Shown here in pieces: positions 28,018-35,608 of a stretch of DNA of 64,000 nt. The notes below the pieces were generated by a model, which was given only the letters and a program-made list of their open reading frames with translations, made no database searches and was not told the origin of the DNA. Source of the DNA: Patescibacteria group bacterium (GTDB lineage Bacteria; Patescibacteriota; Minisyncoccia; Phycocordibacterales; SIBU01); the NCBI GenBank assembly GCA_038063715.1, contig JBBTUO010000007.1:1540-65539 (forward strand), read 5' to 3'. How positions within the stretch are numbered: position 1 is the first letter of the stretch; the number at the start of each line of letters is the position of its first letter. Made by a program: the position numbers and the translations under genes.

Positions 28018-28092
28018 TTCGAACTATTTTCGAGTCTAACATATTTTAAACTCACTGTCAAGTAAAACTATGGAATAGGGCTTTCCTAGATA

Positions 28093-28190
28093 GAATTTAT
28101 CTTGAGCCCTTGTCCAACCTTTTCGCCTCCGTCCACGCCAATTCGTAAATTTTTTTCATCGCGTCAGCGATCCACTAGCTCTCAATTTGG
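28093..28190 (-). pseudogene. 3' remnant of a TrmB-family regulator gene
   Basis: The minus strand encodes ...IADAMKKIYELAWTEAKRLDKGSR*, preceded by an in-frame stop. It is nearly identical at the DNA level to the 3' end of the gene at 24827-25642 (TTTTCGCCTCCGTCCACGCCAATTCGTAAATTTTTTTCATCGCGTC). Confidence 0.55.
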
Positions 28191-28257
28191 AAAAATGTCG
28201 CAATCTATTGGAAATTTTGTAGCGTGTCATTCCACACACATTTGATATACTTTTTTA

Positions 28258-29130
28258 ATGAATACAAAAAACTATTTCGTAGCTCCGACAATTGCATTGC
28301 TTATATCCCTCTCTTTCTGGTTCACCGCCAATACCGCCAACGCCACCGTCGGTGGACCAACTTTCGTCCACTCTTTTTCCTACAATCCTGCCGATGAATC
28401 TGTGTACTACATTATGAACTCGCAGAACGGACGGGGTTGCCCACCCGAATTACTCAAACTCTCTTTGGCTTCAAATACTTCTCAAGTAGTGTACTCGTGC
28501 GACGAGGGCGAGAGTTTGATCCAAAACACCAACTACGATTTTGCACCCGTGAACGCCAAAATCAGCGACATCACGGAGGGATACAAACGTCTCATCCCAA
28601 TACATTTAAAAAATAATAATATTTCTGTCAGCGTTGATTTCCATGGGCTCGAGAATATTTCTCCGGAGGTCAGCGAGATAAAGAATGCGAAGTTTACCGT
28701 AAATATCTCTCAAGACAACAAAAAGCTCGCACCCATCCCCATCGTAGGCTGTAACAACGACCAACCCTTCACCCTTGCCGGCTATGCCATACCTGGATTT
28801 GAGAAAAAAATAATTATCCTCCTATCTACAAAAGGTGATTGCTGGGAAGGTGGCTATATTCGCGAAAGTCTCCATGTTGTCGGAGGAATAAGCGACTTGG
28901 ATAAAAATTACACCACCAACTACTACAAAGAAGCGTCCGCGCTGGTACCGAACGAAGGCACCTTAGTGGTCTCAGCCTCGGATGAATCTTCACCAAATCC
29001 TATTGCAACGAACACTCATGATACAGAGACGCCTCGTGAAAACGCCTCCGGTAACAGTATTTTATTTACTCTTGCGATTATTGTCTCTTTGATAATTGGC
29101 GGTGTGATCGGAAAGCGATACCTAAAATAA
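28258..29130 (+). CDS. Hypothetical secreted protein with N-terminal signal peptide and C-terminal TM anchor
   Basis: 290 aa. Hydrophobic N-terminus (VAPTIALLISLSFWFTANTANA). C-terminal ILFTLAIIVSLIIGGVIGKRYLK. Asn/Ser-rich. Confidence 0.5.
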   Translation: MNTKNYFVAPTIALLISLSFWFTANTANATVGGPTFVHSFSYNPADESVYYIMNSQNGRGCPPELLKLSLASNTSQVVYSCDEGESLIQNTNYDFAPVNAKISDITEGYKRLIPIHLKNNNISVSVDFHGLENISPEVSEIKNAKFTVNISQDNKKLAPIPIVGCNNDQPFTLAGYAIPGFEKKIIILLSTKGDCWEGGYIRESLHVVGGISDLDKNYTTNYYKEASALVPNEGTLVVSASDESSPNPIATNTHDTETPRENASGNSILFTLAIIVSLIIGGVIGKRYLK

Positions 29131-29152
29131 ATTTCACTGGTATTTTAACCCA

Positions 29153-29182
29153 CCAGCTACTTTAGTTAACTAAAGTAGCTGG
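29153..29182. repeat. Perfect 30-bp palindrome CCAGCTACTTTAGTTAACTAAAGTAGCTGG (copy 3 of 3)
   Basis: Read directly. Begins 23 bp after the stop of the upstream gene. Confidence 0.85.
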
Positions 29183-29214
29183 GGAATGAGTTTGTATTTA
29201 TTTTTTCCCGACTT

Positions 29215-29300
29215 TCCCAATTTTGCCCACGGTACTCCGTGGTTGCAACAATTGCGGACGTCGCACCCCTCTGTTTCCGCAGCGCGACGCAAACTTGAGA
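29215..29300 (+). repeat. ~85-bp double-hairpin repeat, copy B (best-preserved)
   Basis: CCCAATTTTGCCCACGGTACTCCGTGGTTGCAACAATTGCGGACGTCGCACCCCTCTGTTTCCGCAGCGCGACGCAAACTTGAGAG. Hairpin 1 is CCACGG-tact-CCGTGG. Hairpin 2 is GACGTCGC...GCGCGACG. Confidence 0.8.
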
Positions 29301-29365
29301 GAGCCCTGAGCAACTTAGGAAACAAGAAGCACCCCTTCGAGTATCACGAAGCGTGTACCCTTGTG

Positions 29366-29410
29366 GTGCAATTTTGCCCACGGTACCCCGTGGTTGCCAC
29401 AATTGATCCC
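29366..29410 (+). repeat. Partial copy (hairpin-1 half) of the ~85-bp repeat, copy B'
   Basis: GCAATTTTGCCCACGGTACCCCGTGGTTGCCACAATTGATCCC. Confidence 0.7.
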
Positions 29411-29530
29411 AGTTTTGTTTGCGAGCTTTGCCGTCATGCGACGACAGCTCGCCGATAGGAATCGGGCGGTTGTGAGTATCTACAAAACCTGAGGAGGCGA
29501 GTAATCTCGACGTGAACTAATTCGCACTAA

Positions 29531-30325
29531 CTACTTAATGTCTATTAGGACGGGGCAATGATCCGAACCCATGACTTCGGGGAGGATTTCAGCGGATTTG
29601 AGGCGGGGAAGGAGAGCGGGAGAAATCAGGACGTAGTCGATACGCCAGCCAACGTTGCGAGCGCGGGCGTTGGCAAAATGCGACCACCAGGTGTAGTGGC
29701 CATTGCCTTTTTTGAATTGACGAAAGGTGTCGATAAATCCGGCGTCAATAAATGCCTGAAAACCGGCCCGTTCTTCTTTGGTAAACCCCTTCAAACCTTC
29801 GTTTTCCTTTGGCCGAGCCAAATCATCCGGCGTGTGAGCGACATTTAAGTCGCCGCAGAAAATGACAGGCTTTTTCTTTTCCAAAAATTTACAATAGGCC
29901 AAAAATACCGGGTCCCATTGCTTGTGGCGAAGGGGGATTCGGCTTAAATCATCTTTCGCGTTCGGAGTATAAACCGTAACAACATAAAAATCTTTATACT
30001 CGGCGGCGATCACTCGGCCTTCGGTCAGTGGATCACCGTATTTGTCCGCGCCAAGTTTACATTTTTTGATAATCGCCTCAGGAAAACCATTTATAACTGA
30101 AAGCGGTTTTTCTTTGGTAAAAATCGCCGTTCCGGAATAACCTTTTTTCTCGGCGGAGTTCCAGTATTCAGTATATTCGGCCAAATCCACCTCCGACTGG
30201 TGCTCCTGCGCCTTTGTTTCCTGCAAACACAAAATATCCGGCTGATATTTTTCGATAAACGGCACAAAAAGCCCTTTTTTGTGCACCGCGCGAATGCCGT
30301 TGACGTTCCATGAGATGAGTTTCAT
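29531..30325 (-). CDS. xth: Exodeoxyribonuclease III (AP endonuclease, Xth family)
   Basis: MKLISWNVNGIRA...LCLQETK...DLNVAHT...WWSHFANARARNVGWRIDYVL...GSDHCPV are the EEP-family catalytic motifs. Confidence 0.9.
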   Translation of the reverse strand: MKLISWNVNGIRAVHKKGLFVPFIEKYQPDILCLQETKAQEHQSEVDLAEYTEYWNSAEKKGYSGTAIFTKEKPLSVINGFPEAIIKKCKLGADKYGDPLTEGRVIAAEYKDFYVVTVYTPNAKDDLSRIPLRHKQWDPVFLAYCKFLEKKKPVIFCGDLNVAHTPDDLARPKENEGLKGFTKEERAGFQAFIDAGFIDTFRQFKKGNGHYTWWSHFANARARNVGWRIDYVLISPALLPRLKSAEILPEVMGSDHCPVLIDIK

Positions 30326-30428
30326 GGGGAAAGTATAACAGAAGACATTGGACAGTAGTAGTTAGACATTAAAAAGAAGAAATGAAAAACCCGAGGCGAA
30401 CCTCGGGTCTGGAGAGAGATAGAGTCGA

Positions 30429-30731
30429 TTAGTGATCCGCGTAAGACGGCTGCGGCCGGCGCAATCTCTTAACGGGTTTCCAAGACTGACGCGAAACACA
30501 AAAACCAGCGCTCTTAATCAACTCCTCGATCAAGGGCCCATCCGTCTGGTGCCTGTAAAGCACAGTGAACGCGCCCGTCGAAGACACTTCGAAATCGCCA
30601 CCGGAAAACCGCTTTACCGAACCCGAAACGTGACCCAGAGCTACATCGAGAAGCTTGATATCTGGCGTGGCAGGTGGATTAAGGATGTCGCGATCGGTTG
30701 CCTTTCTGGGAAGAACCTGAAACTCGTTCAT
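30429..30731 (-). CDS. Hypothetical small protein (GC-rich segment; strand choice uncertain)
   Basis: 100-aa ORF, followed on the minus strand by a hairpin plus T-run terminator (plus coordinates ~30380-30410). A competing plus-strand ORF sits at 30432..30758. Confidence 0.25.
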   Translation of the reverse strand: MNEFQVLPRKATDRDILNPPATPDIKLLDVALGHVSGSVKRFSGGDFEVSSTGAFTVLYRHQTDGPLIEELIKSAGFCVSRQSWKPVKRLRRPQPSYADH

Positions 30732-30911
30732 AGTGTTGATGGATTGATTTTTTGCTGAAGATTGTTCTGGGCAGAAAACGTCGTGTCCTCTGCTTTCCGA
30801 ACATAACTATACAGGATTTAAGAGATTTAGCAAGTCTAAAAGGTAAGAAGCCCCCGAAAAGCCTTAAAATAAGGCTTTTCGGGGGCTTAGCGTGTATATC
30901 GTATAATATGC

Positions 30912-30940
30912 TTGACAAATAGCGTGATATATGATAAGAT
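30912..30940 (+). promoter_or_regulatory. Sigma-70-like promoter (TTGACA, 17-nt spacer, TAAGAT)
   Basis: TTGACA at 30912-30917 and TAAGAT at 30935-30940, 39 bp upstream of the ATG at 30979. Confidence 0.5.
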
Positions 30941-30978
30941 AGAAGAGTAAAGATTAGAAGACCTAAACATCCAAATTT

Positions 30979-31296
30979 ATGACACAATTACTTTCAACAT
31001 TAATAGCCGCGGCCCTCGGTTCAGTCCTCGTGGTCAACGGCGTGATGATCAACACTGACGACATCATCGCTCAAGCAAAAGCTTCAGTGAACGGCGTCAA
31101 TGTCCACCAGCTCGCAACGGTTATTGAATTGTATTATTTGGACCATGATTCTTATCCGACTGTTTCCGGCGGAGAGGCGCTCGTCAACGAGCTCGCGACC
31201 GAAGGATACATTCAGAGTCGTCCGCTTGATGCAAACTCATTCAACTACGAATCAAAACTTAGTGGCCAAGATTATTCTTTGACACTAGCGCAGTAA
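30979..31296 (+). CDS. Pilin/pseudopilin-like small protein (GspG-like motif), atypical N-terminus
   Basis: Hydrophobic N-terminal helix, then ELYYLDHDSYPTVSGGEALVNEL, which resembles the GspG/PulG-type motif (YxLDNGRYPTTEQGLxAL). The canonical G|FTLIE prepilin cleavage motif is missing. Confidence 0.4.
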   Translation: MTQLLSTLIAAALGSVLVVNGVMINTDDIIAQAKASVNGVNVHQLATVIELYYLDHDSYPTVSGGEALVNELATEGYIQSRPLDANSFNYESKLSGQDYSLTLAQ

Positions 31297-31302
31297 ACAA
31301 AA

Positions 31303-31346
31303 CAAAAAAGCCCCGGCCGACTTTCGTCGGCCGGGGCTTTTTTTTG
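31303..31346. terminator. Bidirectional terminator
   Basis: AAAAAAG-CCCCGGCCGAC-tttc-GTCGGCCGGGGC-TTTTTTTT. Confidence 0.75.
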
Positions 31347-31461
31347 AATTCGTGAAAAGAAAATGCCCCGTTCCGATGTTTGCCCGTGCCGGCCCCAGGT
31401 CATCGGGGCGGTACGGGGCATCAGAACGGGGCAGAGTGCTTTTCAAAACGAAGAGACGAGG

Positions 31462-32217
31462 TCAGACCGTCGCGAGCGGCACAGTCTCGGCTGGAACCGA
31501 CGCTTGTGGCACTTCTTGTGGGTGATCTTTGACATACTTCATGTTCGCTCGGTCGAAATACGGATTCCAGACCCCCTCATGCACCTGAAGTTTCTCGCAG
31601 AGATTGATGATCGAGCGAAAGCGATCATCCAACTCGTCGATTCCCGACTTGTCATCGGGACAATCGCGCTGTTTGCAAACCAGCAGGAAGGTATTGAAGT
31701 CCAGAAACTTCCTGCAGGCGTCGCAAAACTGCTCATCGGTGACCCTGGCGATCATGAAGATGCCGTCGGGCAAGGTCGAGATGTCCACCCCTGGAAACAG
31801 GAGTCTCTTGAAGAATACGCTGTTCTTAATCAGCAAGGCGTCGAGCTCTTGCAGAGTTTTGACGAACGGCTGGGTGCTGGTCTCGTAACCGTAGATAGCG
31901 GCAAGAGCCACGGCGCTCAAACCCAAACCCACGACGATGCCCGTCCAGACAGAGGAGAAACCAATGCTCGCCAGCAGGAAAAAAAGAGCGAGCAGGGACA
32001 ACACGAGCATCAACAGCGCCTGCTGTGATCTATAGTAGTCTGACCGCAGATATTCGGCTGGGTCCCACACGGCACCGTTATACTGCGATCGCCAACCCCT
32101 CATCAAGATAGAGTTTGGGAGGAGGCAGTTGATGATGATTGCTCTCAAATGAACCTCCGAGAGGAAGTTCCTGGTTTGAACGAGTTGCATATACTGTCGA
32201 TGTGCTTTCTCCGTCAA
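31462..32217 (-). CDS. Hypothetical membrane protein (GC-rich gene)
   Basis: 251 aa with several hydrophobic segments (LLMLVLSLLALFFLLASIGF, WTGIVVGLGLSAVALAAIYGY). About 50% or more GC against an AT-rich background. Confidence 0.45.
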   Translation of the reverse strand: MTEKAHRQYMQLVQTRNFLSEVHLRAIIINCLLPNSILMRGWRSQYNGAVWDPAEYLRSDYYRSQQALLMLVLSLLALFFLLASIGFSSVWTGIVVGLGLSAVALAAIYGYETSTQPFVKTLQELDALLIKNSVFFKRLLFPGVDISTLPDGIFMIARVTDEQFCDACRKFLDFNTFLLVCKQRDCPDDKSGIDELDDRFRSIINLCEKLQVHEGVWNPYFDRANMKYVKDHPQEVPQASVPAETVPLATV

Positions 32218-32393
32218 TGTGTTTCTTGGACTGAATGGGGGTTTGGGCCCATCGAACCGTTTTTGGGACGGCCGACGTTTTCATGGTTCCAAGTCAGAAA
32301 TAATGACGGATTATTTCTGATGTAGACACTATAACAAATTCCGGCTTATGTCAATTAAGCGTACGTGTTTTTGCAATAAACTCTCCAAGCTAT

Positions 32394-32439
32394 CCATATA
32401 CAGATATTACATGCGGTCGTGTATAATAGCTGTATATGG
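32394..32439. repeat. Palindromic element CCATATACAG...CATGCGGTCG...CTGTATATGG overlapping the start codon of the downstream gene
   Basis: Perfect 10-bp outer arms (CCATATACAG / CTGTATATGG). The inner core shares CATGCGGTCG with the downstream element at 33089-33126. The ATG at 32436 lies inside the right arm. Confidence 0.75.
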
Positions 32440-33002
32440 GAAATCTTGAAAAAGATTCGCGAAGACGAACGCGCAAAGGAAATATTGAGCGGGCCGTTCT
32501 CAACACCGTTGCGGCGGCGGGAGTGTTGAGTGTTGCACTGCTTGCCCCCAACGCACTCAAAATGCTTGGGGTAAAAAACTGGGCCGGATGGAGCCGACAA
32601 AAAGAGGGGGTGGCGGAAGCGAGAAAGCGACTGATAAAAAATGGTTTGCTGGAATATAAAAATAATTCCCTGATGGTAACCGTAAAAGGGGAAGCGAAGT
32701 TGCGACATCTTGAACTGCTGAATTTCAGATATCCAAAACCGAAGCGATGGGACAAAAAGTGGCGCCTGCTAATTTTTGATATTGCTGAGAGTAAACGAAT
32801 ATTGAGAGATAAAGTCAGATTAACTTTGCAAGCAATTGGTTTTGTAAAACTGCAACACAGTGTTTGGGCATATCCCTATAATTGCGAAGACCTGATTGCG
32901 CTTTTGAAAACCGATTTTCGTGTCGGCACTGATCTCTTGTACATCATTGCCGACAACGTTGAAAACGACGCGGTGTTGAAAAAATATTTTGGGTTGCAGT
33001 AA
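32436..33002 (+). CDS. wHTH-like + Cas2/VapD-like domain protein (paralog 2)
   Basis: Clear paralog of 7000-7566 (LLAPNAL, KRWDKKWRLLIFDIAESKRILRDKVRLTLQAIGFVKLQHSVWAYPYNCEDLIALLKTDF). Confidence 0.55.
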   Translation: MGNLEKDSRRRTRKGNIERAVLNTVAAAGVLSVALLAPNALKMLGVKNWAGWSRQKEGVAEARKRLIKNGLLEYKNNSLMVTVKGEAKLRHLELLNFRYPKPKRWDKKWRLLIFDIAESKRILRDKVRLTLQAIGFVKLQHSVWAYPYNCEDLIALLKTDFRVGTDLLYIIADNVENDAVLKKYFGLQ

Positions 33003-33088
33003 AAGGCACGTTCCAAGGTGTCGCGCGAACGGACAGGTAGAAACCGAGTAGAAGCTTGGATCTCTCTAAAAAACACAGAACTCCCCGT

Positions 33089-33126
33089 CTACAGACATTG
33101 CATGCGGTCGCATGTAATGTCTGTAG
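33089..33126. repeat. 38-bp palindrome CTACAGACATTGCATGCG-gt-CGCATGTAATGTCTGTAG (1 mismatch)
   Basis: Read directly. Followed by ATGGG as in the upstream copy. Lies 87 bp downstream of paralog 2. Confidence 0.8.
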
Positions 33127-33256
33127 ATGGGTGGGGGGGGTTGTAGCAGGGATAAGAGGTGTAGTAGGGACACTAGGCGTAACAAGGTAGAACGATTGTA
33201 GACAACTAGCGGGTAACAAAGACGGGGCGTTTTATTTTTTATTGTGGAAATCTCTT

Positions 33257-34174
33257 TTACCGTTTGCGATTATGGAAATTCTTATGAATCTCCCGCAGGC
33301 GGCTATCGGTAATATGCGTGTAAATCTGAGTGGTATTGATACTGGCGTGGCCGAGTAGCATTTGGACCGAGCGGATATCGGCGCCGTTAGAAAGAAGATC
33401 GGTGGCAAAGCAGTGGCGAATTACGTGTGGCGTCACTTTTTTGGAAATACCGGCCACAATCGCATAGTGCTTCACAAGCCTTTCTACTGATCGGCGAGTC
33501 AATCGCAAATCTTTTTTCGATGCCGGATCAACGCTTACCTGCACAAAAAGAGCGTCATCGACATCAGTGCGCTTGGCAACATACTGCTTGAGCGCCTGAC
33601 GAGCCGAGTCCGAAAGAAAGACCACCCGCACTTTTTCGCCCTTGCCTCGCACCGAAAATTCATCAGAACGCAGATCGAGGTCACGCGATAGGGAACAGAG
33701 CTCGGATACGCGGAGACCGGTTGAAAACAAAAGCTCCATGATAGCCCGATCACGAAGTGATTTTATGTCATCACCTTTCGGTGCATCCATCAATCTTCGC
33801 AGTTCATTTCCCGAAATGAGATCGAGTGCACGCTCAGAAGTTTTTGCCAGCTCAATATGTTCTGGCGAAATGGTTTTCACATCACGCTTAGCCAAATATT
33901 TCAAAAAAGCTCGCAAGGCGATTAGATAATAATTTTGGGTTTTCTTCTTGAGCGTGTCGCCGGTCGGCTTGTTGTTGCCGGTCGATTGGCGGTTGAGCCA
34001 GAGGCGATATTCGCGCAAAAGTTCATCCGTAATCTTGGCCGGATCGGTAATTTTGGCAAAAACTAGAAACCGCTTCAAGTAGTGGTCGTAATTTTCCACC
34101 GTTTTTACGCTTCGACCACGTTCGATTTCAATATATTCCAAAAATTCTTGTTTGAGAATCTTGAGGTCTTTCAT
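33257..34174 (-). CDS. Tyrosine recombinase, XerC/XerD / phage-integrase family
   Basis: N-terminal SAM-like domain (EFLEYIEIERGRSVKTVENYDHYLKRF). C-terminal catalytic residues in context (HVIRHCFATDLL, LLGHASINTTQIYTH). Confidence 0.85.
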   Translation of the reverse strand: MKDLKILKQEFLEYIEIERGRSVKTVENYDHYLKRFLVFAKITDPAKITDELLREYRLWLNRQSTGNNKPTGDTLKKKTQNYYLIALRAFLKYLAKRDVKTISPEHIELAKTSERALDLISGNELRRLMDAPKGDDIKSLRDRAIMELLFSTGLRVSELCSLSRDLDLRSDEFSVRGKGEKVRVVFLSDSARQALKQYVAKRTDVDDALFVQVSVDPASKKDLRLTRRSVERLVKHYAIVAGISKKVTPHVIRHCFATDLLSNGADIRSVQMLLGHASINTTQIYTHITDSRLREIHKNFHNRKR

Positions 34175-34341
34175 TCATTCTATTATATCAAATGTCGCAC
34201 AATATTTTATCCAAAATGAGCATGGCGAGGCAGGAAGAGAAGGAGTATTGACATAAAACTACTTATATGCTAAGCTTCTTTTCGGCAATAAACAGAATGG
34301 CTCTTCGAAATAAGTAGGTTGCGTCGCCTCATAAGCGAGCA

Positions 34342-34890
34342 ATGATCCTGCCTTTTCAGGAACCCGCCACTACAGACAACACCGCCATGAGCACACAAAC
34401 CGCCGCAAAAACAGCCTCCCAGACCAAAAACCAGACGAAAGCCGCGCTCCTCGAGCAGATCGCGAGGCTGACCGCCGACCTCGGGACCGCGCAGAAAACC
34501 GTCACGGACACCAACACGCGGGTCCGCGAACTCGAGGCCTCGAATCGGGAACAGTATGCCGAGAATCGCCGGCTGACGGATGATCTCAAGCTCCAGACCA
34601 AAAAGTTCGAGGATCAGGCGAAACGCCACGCTGCCTGTCACGAACGGACGGCCATTCAACTCGCCGCGGGCCGCGCCGAGCAAGAGGGCGCCGCGAACGC
34701 GTTCAGTCGCTCGCTCGAAGTCGTCATCGCGAACCTGGGCAAGAAGGCGTCGTCGCCCAAGAGTAGCCTGTTCGGCGAGATGCCGGCGGGACTCGCACTC
34801 CTGATGAGCATGGCGGAAAGCGGCCCTTCGGCTGAAGACGCCTTCGCCGACCTGCGCCGGCATCTCGAGACCGCCGGTGGCGGCCACTAA
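34342..34890 (+). CDS. Hypothetical coiled-coil protein (GC-rich gene)
   Basis: 182-aa ORF with K/E/Q/A-rich heptad-like composition. Followed by a strong terminator. The antisense ORF 34270..34887 has R-rich nonsense composition and is rejected. The start may be the internal Met at ~34387. Confidence 0.4.
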   Translation: MILPFQEPATTDNTAMSTQTAAKTASQTKNQTKAALLEQIARLTADLGTAQKTVTDTNTRVRELEASNREQYAENRRLTDDLKLQTKKFEDQAKRHAACHERTAIQLAAGRAEQEGAANAFSRSLEVVIANLGKKASSPKSSLFGEMPAGLALLMSMAESGPSAEDAFADLRRHLETAGGGH

Positions 34891-34916
34891 GCCGACGACA
34901 ACCTACAAACCTCACA

Positions 34917-34950
34917 GCCGCTCGACGCACGTCGAGCGGCTTTTTCTTCT
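34917..34950 (+). terminator. Rho-independent terminator
   Basis: GCCGCTCGACG-cac-GTCGAGCGGC followed by TTTTTCTTCT. Confidence 0.7.
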
Positions 34951-35010
34951 CAATTTTTCTCACGGTACCCCGTGACTGAAAAATTGAGGACATCGCGCTT
35001 ACCGACTTCA
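34950..35010 (+). repeat. ~85-bp double-hairpin repeat, copy C (diverged)
   Basis: CAATTTTTCTCACGGTACCCCGTGACTGAAAAATTGAGGACATCGCGC...GCGATGCAAACT. Confidence 0.6.
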
Positions 35011-35115
35011 TACCTGGTGCGATGCAAACTAATTAGCTTTTAATCCTTTTAATTTTGTCGAAAGAAAAATGCCAGTTCCGGATTGCTCCGCGCTGGCATT
35101 TGAGAAGGAAATAGG

Positions 35116-35481
35116 TTACAGATCAAACAAAAGCTCGATCTCGGCTACCACACCTCTCTTTGGACATTTATAGCTACATCCTGCCTCCACAAGCTTTAGC
35201 GAAATTTCAGCACTGGTAGAAGAAGCGAGCATAGGACCAGTAAAACCAGCTGCCCGAAACTCATGGACCAGAGGAATCGTTGATACATCACCTGGCATAA
35301 ATCCGTCCATCACGATCAGCGCAAGGCCCGAGTTAGCGTGGAACATTATTCTTGCCTGTTCAATGGAAAACGCGTGAAGAAGGGCCACACGATCATCCAA
35401 AGCCCGACAATAGCCACTCTGAACAACCCGGTCATCCTCCACAATCAAAACTTTTTTCTTGTTCATAAGCTTGTGTTTCAA
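35116..35481 (-). CDS. Response regulator receiver-domain protein (stand-alone CheY-like)
   Basis: KKVLIVEDDRVVQ...LIVMDGFMPG is the REC-domain pattern. No output domain. A terminator on the minus strand lies at ~35060-35099. Confidence 0.65.
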   Translation of the reverse strand: MKHKLMNKKKVLIVEDDRVVQSGYCRALDDRVALLHAFSIEQARIMFHANSGLALIVMDGFMPGDVSTIPLVHEFRAAGFTGPMLASSTSAEISLKLVEAGCSYKCPKRGVVAEIELLFDL

Positions 35482-35608
35482 TGATTTGCTGGCCCTATTA
35501 AGCCAAAAAACCCTAATTTATGCAAGTTTCAGGCCAAGATAGGCGAAAACCCAATTTATATAGAAAAGGCTTGCAAAATAGAGTGAGGTGTGATATCATT
35601 AACCCACA

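Noticed and set aside
34270-34887. 205-aa minus-strand ORF antisense to the coiled-coil gene
   Set aside because: Its Arg/Gly/Leu-rich composition is typical of antisense frames in GC-rich DNA. The plus-strand ORF has coherent coiled-coil composition and a downstream terminator.
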